Below, piece by piece: positions 1-8,380 of a stretch of DNA of 64,000 nt. A program made the position numbers and the translations under genes. Position 1 is the stretch's first letter. The number at the start of each line of letters is the position of its first letter. Under the pieces are notes generated by a model that saw only the letters and a list, made by a program, of their open reading frames with translations, was not told the origin of the DNA and searched no databases. Source of the DNA: Dehalococcoidia bacterium (lineage in GTDB: Bacteria > Chloroflexota > Dehalococcoidia > Lucifugimonadales > UBA3495); NCBI GenBank assembly GCA_965249065.1, contig CBDFLG010000001.1:1192318-1256317 (forward strand), given 5' to 3'.

Positions 1-396
1 GTGCCGGTCTACGGCGAATGCGGCGGACTGATGTATCTAGGCCGCAGCCTCAGCGGGTTCGACGGGATAGCTTATCCGATGGCCGGCCTAATTCCGGCGG
101 CGTCGGCGATGTCGCAGTCGCGCCTGTCTCTCGGTTACCGCGAGGTCGAGGCGCGCGCCGACGGCCCGCTGCTGGCCTCGGGCCAGCGGATTCGCGGCCA
201 CGAATTCCACTGGTCAACCCTGGAACAGCCGCCGCAGGACGACGAATCGGTCTACCGCGTGGTCAATCAGGGCGGGCGCCCCGACGGCTTCCGCGCCGGC
301 AGTGTTTGGGCCACCTACGTCCACGTCCATCTGGGCAGCGGTCCGGGGCTGGCTTCCCGTTTCGTCGAAACCTGCGCCGCCCACAGCGCCATCTAG
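1..396 (+). CDS. cobB: Cobyrinate a,c-diamide synthase, C-terminal glutamine amidotransferase part (5' truncated by window)
   Basis: YGECGGLMYLG, RGHEFH and ATYVHVH motifs of the CobB/CbiA GATase domain; adjacent to cobO. Confidence 0.9.
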   Translation: MPVYGECGGLMYLGRSLSGFDGIAYPMAGLIPAASAMSQSRLSLGYREVEARADGPLLASGQRIRGHEFHWSTLEQPPQDDESVYRVVNQGGRPDGFRAGSVWATYVHVHLGSGPGLASRFVETCAAHSAI

Positions 397-477
397 TCCA
401 AGAAACCCCCGTGCCTCACCCTAACCCGAGCGTAACCATCGGCCCAACAACAAAATCAGTCCTGCGAGAATCGAAAA

Positions 478-1068
478 ATGACCACCAGCGATCAGTCAAC
501 ATCCGGCGCCAGTCCGTCCAACGCCCCCCAGTCCGTTACCGGCCCCCGTATCAACAAAGGACTGGTCATAGTCAACACCGGCACCGGCAAGGGCAAGACC
601 ACCGCCGCCATGGGCGTAATGCTGCGCGCCTGGGGCCGCGACATGAAGGTTATCATGCTCCAGTTCATCAAGCACACCACGGCCAACTTCGGCGAGCAGC
701 GCGCCGCCAAAAAGATGGACATCGAGATGCGGGCGATGGGCGACGGTTTCACTTGGCGCTCCCGCGACCTGGAACACACTGCCGACCTGGCCCGGGAACA
801 CTGGGAGGGCTGCAAGGAAGTCATCGCCAAAGGCGAATACGACGTGGTAATCCTCGACGAGTTCACCTACGCGCTGCATTACGGCTGGATTCCGGTGGAA
901 GACGCGCTGGAGACCCTGCGCAACCGCCCGGAGATGATGCACGTCATCATCACCGGCCGCAACGCCCCGCCGGAGCTGGTGGAGTTCGCCGACCTGGTCA
1001 CCGAGATGACCCTAGTCAAGCATCCCTACAACGAAGGCATCAAAGCCCAACCGGGGATTGAGTTTTAG
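478..1068 (+). CDS. cobO: Cob(I)yrinic acid a,c-diamide adenosyltransferase (CobO/BtuR)
   Basis: [13 protein letters not shown]-loop, [30 protein letters not shown]-terminus. Confidence 0.95.
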   Translation: MTTSDQSTSGASPSNAPQSVTGPRINKGLVIVNTGTGKGKTTAAMGVMLRAWGRDMKVIMLQFIKHTTANFGEQRAAKKMDIEMRAMGDGFTWRSRDLEHTADLAREHWEGCKEVIAKGEYDVVILDEFTYALHYGWIPVEDALETLRNRPEMMHVIITGRNAPPELVEFADLVTEMTLVKHPYNEGIKAQPGIEF

Positions 1069-1135
1069 CTACGGCGAAATAGGTCCGCAGGGCGAAGCGA
1101 GAAGACATTGACGCGCTGTTTAACAGGATTGACCT

Positions 1136-2538
1136 ATGACGACAGATGATATTTGGGCGCTGGCCAGTAAATTAGAGTCGGAAAATCTTGGATTCAAAAA
1201 GACTACTGGCGAACGTCGCGAAGCAGCCAAATCAATTTGCGCCATGCTTAACCATCGCGGAGGCGTCGTTGTATTCGGTGTTACTCCCAAGCGCGAAGTG
1301 GTTGGTCAAATGGTGGGCGAAAACACCATAGAAAAATTGAGTGCTGAGTTATATCTAATTGAGCCTACGGTTCTCCCCAGCATAGAGCAAATTCCCGTCT
1401 CTGAAGGCCGGGAAGTCATTGTGGTCAGGGTAAACCGTGGTGAGATGGTTCCATACCGATACCAAAACCTAGCCTTCCGACGAGTGGGCAATACTAATCG
1501 CCGTTTATCTCGCGACGACGAAAATTTGATGTTCTTGGAACGGGTCCATGGAGAACATCGCTGGGAAAATCAACCCGCTTCCGATTGGAGTGTTGAGGAT
1601 CTAGATGCAGACGAGCTTCAACGCACCGTCAACGAGCGATACGGTCGGGGCGTTTGGCCAACCCTGAAACTCGTGAACCTCAGGAAATTCTATTGGGAAT
1701 GGGTTTGGTCAAGGACGGGGCATTGCTGCGCGCCGCTGTTGCCCTCTTTGGCAGTGACCGTCGGCTTGGTTCCGAGTGGACCCAATGCCTGCTACGTGTT
1801 GCCCGTTTTCGCGGAATCGATCGCACCGAGTTCTTAGACAACCGGCAATTTCGCGGTAACACTTTCTCTCTTTTGCGTCACGCAGAGCGGTTTATTCTTG
1901 ACAATCTTCCAATTGCCGGACGAATCTCACCCGATTCATTTGTTCGATTGGACGAGCCACTCTATCCACCGCTTGCACTACGAGAAGCCTTGGCTAATGC
2001 GTTCTGCCATCGGGATTACAGCAGTGGTGGTGGATCGGTAAGCGTGGGCATTTACGACGATCGCTTGGAAATTACCTCGACTGGCTCCCTGCATTTTGGT
2101 CTTACTCCTGAAATTCTTTTCCTGCCCCACGATTCCAGGCCTTGGAATCCGCTGATCGCCGACGTCTTTTACCGGCGCGGCATTATCGAACGATGGGGGC
2201 GGGGGACGATTAAGATGGCGGAACTGACTACCGAGGTCGGTCTTCCTCAGCCGGAAATCGAGGACACCGGCGATTCCGTAACCGTCCGGTTCCGCCCCAG
2301 CCGCTACATTCCTCCGCAGCGAGTGGGGCATGACCTTACTGAACGCCAGCGGGAAATCCTGCTGATTCTCAATGGCGCTCCTAATGGGCTTGCTTTCAGG
2401 GAAATTTTGCCGCTCATATCCAAACCTTACACAGAACAACAAGTAAGATATGACCTGTCCGTCTTGAGAGACCTCAATCTGACAATCTCCCGGGGTCGTG
2501 CGCGAGGGGCAAAGTGGGAGCGAGCGCGGAGCAATTAA
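1136..2538 (+). pseudogene. AlbA_2 (Schlafen-like) + HATPase_c_4 + winged-HTH protein, split by one frameshift near 1636 (possibly a sequencing error)
   Basis: ORF 1136-1837 (FKKT, ICAMLNHRGG, FGV) continues in ORF 1654-2538 (ALREALANAFCHRDY, DRLEI, IERWGRG); adding one G at 1636/1637 gives a continuous ..VNEAIRSGRLANP..; lower GC than flanks. Confidence 0.8.
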
Positions 2539-2708
2539 CCGCCAAAAGACCGCCCAAACCGCTAATTGACCGCTGAAAAACCCGCTATTCCCTATTCCTG
2601 CGCCGACAGCGGGCTAGGCATTGCCCGGACACCACCGTCGGCATTAGAATCACGGGGTACGAGTCAGTCAATCAGATAGGGTCAATCAGATAGGAAGGAG
2701 CAAGTGCT

Positions 2709-3311
2709 ATGACAGCCATCAGAGACCAGGAAGTGGGCGAGAGCCAGTTCAACGGGCAGTTCGGGCCGGCGTCGGAGCGGGCGGTGAAGAAGCTCAAGGG
2801 CCACCTCACCCCATGGGTCCAGGAGTTCGTGAGCAACGCTCCCTTCGTGGTCATGGCCTCCGCCGACGCCGAGGGACGCTGCGACGCCTCACCCAAGGGC
2901 GGCAAGCCGGGCTTCGTCAAGGTAATTGACGACCACCGCCTGCTGTTCCCCGACGTGGCCGGCAACAAGTTGTTCCAGTCCTACCAGAACATCGAAGCCA
3001 GCCCCTACGTCGGCCTGATCTTCTTCATTCCCGGCCTCAACGACACCGTGCGCGTCAACGGCCGCGCCAGCATCGTGGGCAAGGATGAGCTCGACCAGCA
3101 AAACATCGAGCTGTCCCTCTACGAGACCGACGACAATTCCCGCCACTTGCAGGGCCTGCTCATAGAGGTGGAGGAGTCTTACAGCCATTGCCCTCGCGCC
3201 CTGAAGTTCTCCAAGCTGTGGGACGCCGACGAGATTGGCAGCAACAGGTCCAACGCGCCGATCAGCGAACGCACCGACGAGAACTACTGGGCACACGAAG
3301 CCGGGGCGTAG
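2709..3311 (+). CDS. Pyridoxamine 5'-phosphate oxidase-like FMN-binding protein
   Basis: DASPKGGKPGFV, PDVAGN, RVNGRA, HCPRA motifs; AGGAG RBS upstream. Confidence 0.85.
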   Translation: MTAIRDQEVGESQFNGQFGPASERAVKKLKGHLTPWVQEFVSNAPFVVMASADAEGRCDASPKGGKPGFVKVIDDHRLLFPDVAGNKLFQSYQNIEASPYVGLIFFIPGLNDTVRVNGRASIVGKDELDQQNIELSLYETDDNSRHLQGLLIEVEESYSHCPRALKFSKLWDADEIGSNRSNAPISERTDENYWAHEAGA

Positions 3312-3313
3312 GC

Positions 3314-3664
3314 GTGGGAACTTTCAAGGTTCCTCTTCAAGTAGGAAACCCCAATCGCGGCCCTGTCGAAACTGTGGATGCCCTGGTGGATACCGGCGCC
3401 ACTTTTTCGATGATACCGGCGTCCATGCTGAAACGTATGGGCGTTGAGCCTGATGCTACGCTCCCTTTTCGGGTGGCTACAAGAGAAGTCGTTGACTTCG
3501 ATACTGGCGAGGTACCGTTAGCGACAGAGGGCCGCCGCCGTACCTGTCCCGTCATATTTGGGCCCGAAAACCATTACATCATGGGCGCTACGGCAATGGA
3601 ACTGCTACTGCTGACAGTTGACCCGGTACATCAGCGTCTCGTTCCCATAGAAGGGGAAGCGTAG
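3314..3664 (+). CDS. Retropepsin-like aspartyl protease
   Basis: ALVDTGAT catalytic motif, C-terminal IMGATAME..VDP; GTG start 2 bp after previous stop. Confidence 0.8.
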   Translation: MGTFKVPLQVGNPNRGPVETVDALVDTGATFSMIPASMLKRMGVEPDATLPFRVATREVVDFDTGEVPLATEGRRRTCPVIFGPENHYIMGATAMELLLLTVDPVHQRLVPIEGEA

Positions 3665-3730
3665 GCGCTTTTCTGGAATGCGCTCTCTGCGCTTCGCGAA
3701 TTCAGCACAGTCAAATATAAGGAACAGCAG

Positions 3731-6382
3731 ATGGTCACCATCGCCTTCGAGCAGCACAAGCTATCCAACGGAATGGACGTTATCCTCCATGAAGACCACA
3801 CCATCCCGCTGGTGGCGGTCAACATGTGGTATCACGTCGGCTCCAAGAACGAGGAAATGGGCCGCACCGGGTTTGCCCACCTGTTCGAGCACGTGATGTT
3901 CGAGGGCACCAAGCACCACAACCGCAGCCACTTCGAGCCGTTGCAGAAGGCGGGCGCCAACCTCAACGGCTCCACCACCACCGACCGCACCAACTACTGG
4001 GAAGATGTGCCGTCCAACTACCTGGAGCTGGCCCTCTGGCTGGAGGCCGACCGCATGGGCTTCCTGCTGGACGGGCTGGACCAGCAGAAATTTGACGTGC
4101 AGCGCGACGTGGTGAAGAACGAGCGTCGCCAGTCCTATGAAAACCGTCCCTACGGCATGGCCCACTGGCACTTGCAGCCGTCCCTGTTCCCCCTGCCCCA
4201 TCCCTACCACTGGATGACCATCGGCTCCCAGGAAGACTTGGACGCCGCCAGCTTGGACGATGTAAAGGACTTCTTCCAGCGTTTCTACGGCCCCTCCAAC
4301 GCCAGCCTGGCCATCGCCGGCGACTTCCACCCAGAGCAGGCGCTGGAGCTGGTGAACCGCTACTTTGGCGACCTTCCACCCGGCGAGAGCGTGCCGCGCG
4401 TCGGCCGTCACGACTCCGCGCTGTCCGGCCGAATTGACATCGAGATGCGTGACAAGGTGACCCTGCCCCGTCTCTACATCGCTTGGCCCGCGCCGCCGGA
4501 GGGCCATCCCGACGATGCGCCGCTGGAGTTGTACCAAGCCGTGATGTCCGACGGACTTAGTGCCCGCCTGCATCGCTCTCTGGTCTACGAAAAGCAGATT
4601 GCCCAGCACGCCTTTATACGCTACGGTCCGTCGGAAATTGCCGGGCAGCTCTTGGTCCAGGTGACCGCCGCCGAAGGCCACAGCCTCGACGAGGTGGAGG
4701 CCGCAGTCGAAGCCGAGCTGAAGGACATCCACCGCAACCCGCCCACCGACGAAGAAATCGCCCGCTCCAAGAACCGCATCGAGGCCAGCCACTACCGTCA
4801 GTTGGCTCGCATCGGCGGCTTCGGCGGGCGCGCTGACCAGCTCAACCACTTCAACGTGTTCGAGTCCGATGCCGGGCTGATTAACACCAGCCTGGACCGG
4901 TACTTGGCAGTCCAACGCGAGGACATCCTGCGCGTCGCCGAGACCTACGTGTCGGATAACCAGGTGCGGCTGCGGGTGCTGCCCGAAACGCCGCTGTCTG
5001 CCGCCGCCACCACCGTTGACCGCAATATCATGCCCCCGCCCAAAGCGGAGCCGGCCTTCGCCCCGCCGCTGCCCACCCGCGACCGCCTGCCCAACGGCAT
5101 GGGCGTGACCATGGTCGAGCAGCGCGGAATGCCCATCGTCGCTTTCGGCCTGCTGCTGGGTTCCGGCGCCGCCGGAGACCCGGCGTACCTGCCCGGTCTG
5201 GCCGGGATGCTTGCCGGGATGCTGCCGGAGGGCGCAGCCGGCAAGTCCAGCCAGCGGATAGCCAACGACTTTGAGTTTATCGGATCCCATCTGTCGGTGG
5301 ACAGCCGCCGCGAATACACCCTGGTGTCCACCGAGACCCTCTCGAAACACTGGGGTCGCGGTCTGGAGATGATGGGTGAGATTGTCCTGTCCCCTGACTT
5401 CCCGGCTCACGAACTGGAGCGGGTGCGCCGCGAACACCTGACCGACCTGCGCCGCAGTAAAGACGAACCCAACGCCGTCGCCGAGCGGTTGATGTCCGGT
5501 CTGGTCTACCCTGCCGCTAGTGGATACGCCCACCCCATCTCCGGCACCGAGTCCTCCACGCAGGCCGTATCCCGCGACGACATTGTGGACCAGTTCCGTC
5601 GCGACTACCGCCCGGACAACGCCCATCTGCTGGTCGTCGGCGATGTGGACCGGGAGGAAGTGATGCGCCGGGCTACCGCGGTCTTTGGCAGTTGGAGCGG
5701 CTCCGCTGCGAGAGCCGACGGCGACGAAGGCGAACTCGCTACGAACCCGGCCACAATCTACTTGGTAGACCGCCCCGGCGCGCCGCAGTCGGTGATTCGC
5801 GCGGTTCACCAGGCCATCCCGCGCCACCATCCCGACTACTTCGGGTTGCTGCTGGCCAACTACGTTTTTGGCGGCCAGTTCTCGGCGCGTCTCAACCAGA
5901 ACCTGCGGCAGGACAAGGGCTACAGCTACGGCTACCAGTCTTTCGTCCAGTGGCATCGCGGCCCGTCCCTGCTGGTGGCCGGCGGCTCGGTGCAGAGCGA
6001 CGCCACCAAGGAATCGGTCTACGAAACGCTCAAGGAGTTCAACGAAGTTCGCGGCGACCGGCCCATCACCGCCGAGGAACTGGCCAACGCCAAGGATGGG
6101 CTGATGCGAGCCTACCCCGCCAGCTTCGAGCGCCCTGCCTCCGTTTTGGGCCAACTGGTGTCCATGGAGCAATACGGACTGCCCGACGACTACTTCCGCA
6201 CTGTCCGCCCGTCCGTGGAAGCCATCACGCTGGAGGAAGTGCATCGCGTGGCCCAGGCTCACATCCTCCCGGACAGCCTGCAAATCCTGGTAGTGGGCGA
6301 CCGTGCTTCCGCCGAGGCTCCGCTGGCGGAGCTCAACCTGCCCATAGTCCACCTGACGGAAGACGGCGAACCGGCAGCCTAG
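3731..6382 (+). CDS. M16 family zinc peptidase (both halves fused)
   Basis: HLFEH inverted zincin motif, NGST..DRTNY, C-half SARLNQNLRQDKGYSYG. Confidence 0.92.
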   Translation: MVTIAFEQHKLSNGMDVILHEDHTIPLVAVNMWYHVGSKNEEMGRTGFAHLFEHVMFEGTKHHNRSHFEPLQKAGANLNGSTTTDRTNYWEDVPSNYLELALWLEADRMGFLLDGLDQQKFDVQRDVVKNERRQSYENRPYGMAHWHLQPSLFPLPHPYHWMTIGSQEDLDAASLDDVKDFFQRFYGPSNASLAIAGDFHPEQALELVNRYFGDLPPGESVPRVGRHDSALSGRIDIEMRDKVTLPRLYIAWPAPPEGHPDDAPLELYQAVMSDGLSARLHRSLVYEKQIAQHAFIRYGPSEIAGQLLVQVTAAEGHSLDEVEAAVEAELKDIHRNPPTDEEIARSKNRIEASHYRQLARIGGFGGRADQLNHFNVFESDAGLINTSLDRYLAVQREDILRVAETYVSDNQVRLRVLPETPLSAAATTVDRNIMPPPKAEPAFAPPLPTRDRLPNGMGVTMVEQRGMPIVAFGLLLGSGAAGDPAYLPGLAGMLAGMLPEGAAGKSSQRIANDFEFIGSHLSVDSRREYTLVSTETLSKHWGRGLEMMGEIVLSPDFPAHELERVRREHLTDLRRSKDEPNAVAERLMSGLVYPAASGYAHPISGTESSTQAVSRDDIVDQFRRDYRPDNAHLLVVGDVDREEVMRRATAVFGSWSGSAARADGDEGELATNPATIYLVDRPGAPQSVIRAVHQAIPRHHPDYFGLLLANYVFGGQFSARLNQNLRQDKGYSYGYQSFVQWHRGPSLLVAGGSVQSDATKESVYETLKEFNEVRGDRPITAEELANAKDGLMRAYPASFERPASVLGQLVSMEQYGLPDDYFRTVRPSVEAITLEEVHRVAQAHILPDSLQILVVGDRASAEAPLAELNLPIVHLTEDGEPAA

Positions 6383-6426
6383 CGCACAACAAAAAACGGG
6401 GCGGGCTTCGACCCGTCCCTAAGTCC

Positions 6427-6527
6427 GTCATTCCCGCGAAAGCGGGAATCCAGAGACCCAAGCCACCTATTTCGGTCAGAAAATCAGCACTCAACCCGCC
6501 CTAAATTCCCGCGAAAGCGGGAATGAC
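6427..6527. repeat. Pair of REP-like hairpins, family A (GTCATTCCCGCGAAAGCGGGAATCCAG)
   Basis: ATTCCC-GCGAAAGC-GGGAAT at 6427-6453 and 6505-6527; same unit recurs at 8041-8066 and 8106-8132. Confidence 0.85.
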
Positions 6528-6584
6528 GATGCCGGGCTGACTGTGAATTATCTCGCACCGGCAATTTCTTGCTACCTGATGACG

Positions 6585-6619
6585 CCCTCACCCTAACCCT
6601 CTCCCAGAGGGAGAGGGGA
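6585..6619. repeat. REP-like element, family B (CCCTCACCCTAACCCTCTCCCAGAGGGAGAGGG)
   Basis: Other copies at 12731-12765 and 15585-15617; degenerate copies near 414-427, 19139-19170, 32777-32806 and 55247-55274. Confidence 0.85.
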
Positions 6620-6649
6620 CTTTCCCCGAAAATGCAATAGCTCCGACCC

Positions 6650-7381
6650 TTACACCCGGCGCAGCGCCTCCCGCTGGGCGTGGAACACCGGCTCCAGCCC
6701 TCGCGCCGCCAGTGACAGCACCTGCTCCACCATCGGGCGGGGGAAAGGGCGGGCTTCCGTTGCGCCTTGCAGTTCCACCAAGCCACCGCGGGCTGTCAGC
6801 ACCACGTTGAAATCCACATCGGCCTCGTAGTCCTCGGCATAGCAAAGGTCGAGGAGCAGTTGCTCCCGCAGTATGCCCACGCTCACCGCCGCCACCGGAC
6901 ACTCCAGCGGCACGCGGCGCAGAATCCGCTGGCGCACCAGCAGCGTCATGGCCTGATGCAGCGCCACGTAGGCTCCGGTTATCGCCGCCGTCCGGGTGCC
7001 GCCGTCGGCCTCTATAACGTCGCAGTCAATCTGCACCGTCCGCTCGCCCAGCGCCTCCATGTCGGTCACCGCCCGCAGCGACCGCCCGATGAGCCGCTGG
7101 ATTTCCTGCGAGCGCCCGCTGACCCTCCCGGCGTCGCGCTCGCGCGCGGAGCGGGTGTTGGTGGCCCGCGGCAGCATCGAATACTCGGCGGTGACCCAGC
7201 CCCGCCCCTGCCCGCGCAGGAAGGCGGGCACCCGCTCCTCCAGCGAGGCGGCACACAGCACCCGCGTGCCGCCCATTTCAATCAGTGCTGACCCCTCCGC
7301 CGACCGCTGATAGCCCACGGTGATATTCACCGGGCGCGGCTCGTCCCACCGCCGCCCGTCAACCCGCTTGATGCCAGTCAA
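6650..7381 (-). CDS. rph: Ribonuclease PH
   Basis: GWVTAEYSMLPRAT, RSQEIQRLIGRSLR, DCDVIEADGGTRTAAITG; TTG start at 7381 behind AGGGGG. Confidence 0.95.
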   Translation of the reverse strand: MTGIKRVDGRRWDEPRPVNITVGYQRSAEGSALIEMGGTRVLCAASLEERVPAFLRGQGRGWVTAEYSMLPRATNTRSARERDAGRVSGRSQEIQRLIGRSLRAVTDMEALGERTVQIDCDVIEADGGTRTAAITGAYVALHQAMTLLVRQRILRRVPLECPVAAVSVGILREQLLLDLCYAEDYEADVDFNVVLTARGGLVELQGATEARPFPRPMVEQVLSLAARGLEPVFHAQREALRRV

Positions 7382-7486
7382 AGTTCGCCCCCTAATCTTG
7401 TGATCCTGCCAAAACCATAATCCAACGGCAAAGAAAAAGGCAACCATCCCGGCTGCCCCTTTTGCTTTGCGCGATACTCAGGACGG

Positions 7487-7906
7487 TCACTGCGAATCCA
7501 ACGCCTCTGATATTGTTACCATCCGTTCCACGAACTGCTCCACCGACCTTTTGGCCGTAGTGAAGAACCATCCGTTACCGCCATTCTGGTCCATGTCACG
7601 GTGGTAGAAGTGTACGTGGTAGTTAGAGGCAATGACGAAGCCCGACCCAAGCAGCTCCGCCGCAGATTCGTCTCCGGTTTCTCTCAGTTCGTCACCTATC
7701 CGGCTAACCGCTTCGCTCATAGCCCGGTGGCTTCGGTGACGCCATCCCCTCTGCTGGCAGACGGCGATGACGGCGTGGGCCGCCGCGCCCCACATCTTTT
7801 CCGCCCCCTGCAAATCATCATCCAAAGCGAAAAACTGCTCGGCCTCGCGGAGGAACTCCTGGGCTGCTTCCCGGTGCTCAACTACTCCCATAGTATGAGT
7901 TTGCAT
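7487..7906 (-). CDS. PaREP1/HEPN-superfamily-like protein
   Basis: QGAEKMWGAAAHAV..RGW.H.SH and HVHFY pattern of PaREP1-like proteins. Confidence 0.65.
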   Translation of the reverse strand: MQTHTMGVVEHREAAQEFLREAEQFFALDDDLQGAEKMWGAAAHAVIAVCQQRGWRHRSHRAMSEAVSRIGDELRETGDESAAELLGSGFVIASNYHVHFYHRDMDQNGGNGWFFTTAKRSVEQFVERMVTISEALDSQ

Positions 7907-7979
7907 CGGATTCTCCTGCTTGCACTGGCAAGAGCATACCGAAAGGCGGGAGAAAGGACAACCGACAAGCCTGCCCCTT

Positions 7980-8173
7980 CAGGGCGACCGCATTCTAATC
8001 CCGACCGCCTCTTCACACGTTATTTCCCAGTCTAACACCTTCATTCCCGCGAAAGCGGGAATCCAGTGGGTCTTGTTTGGTGGAAATTGGCATTGCAAAG
8101 GCGCTCTGGATTCCCGCTTTCGCGGGAATGACGGGCCACTGCAAGGCCATTCAATTAGAATGCGGTTGCCCTG
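7980..8173. mobile_element. MITE-like element (194 bp) carrying an inverted pair of family-A REP hairpins
   Basis: TIRs CAGGGCGACCGCATTCTAAT / ATTAGAATGCGGTTGCCCTG (19/20); 10-bp direct repeat CCTGCCCCTT at 7970-7979 and 8174-8183. Confidence 0.85.
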
Positions 8174-8182
8174 CCTGCCCCT

Positions 8183-8344
8183 TAGGGCAAACGCATTCTA
8201 AAATCCGGTGATCTGGGAAGGCCGAACCCTTCAGCAACCGGCACCAAATATGTGCCGATTTGGGCAACTCTGGTCAATTCTACGATGATGGGACAATGAA
8301 CTGACGGCAAATTTCCTACCTTAAATTAGAATGCGTTTGCCCTG
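8183..8344. mobile_element. Second MITE-like element (about 162 bp), same TIR family, different interior
   Basis: TAGGGCAAACGCATTCTAA ... TTAGAATGCGTTTGCCCTG; flanks CCTGCCCCT / CCTGCTCCT (8/9). Confidence 0.75.
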
Positions 8345-8380
8345 CCTGCTCCTGAATGGACGGGTTTGCGATCGTCCACT

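Noticed and set aside
2534..2588. Five ACCGC-like motifs after the AlbA-ATPase stop
   Set aside because: Irregular spacing and short; cannot be distinguished from low-complexity remnant.
3761..6352. Long antisense ORFs (also 19675-21741, 28729-30333, 30312-31706, 62510-63709)
   Set aside because: Shadow ORFs of recognisable genes in high-GC DNA.
7920..8201. Small ORFs over repeat regions (also 6484-6786, 15525-16125, 53263-53805, 54873-55358)
   Set aside because: They are translations of REP/MITE DNA (IPAKAGIQ, PHPNPLP, VVSLSNH).
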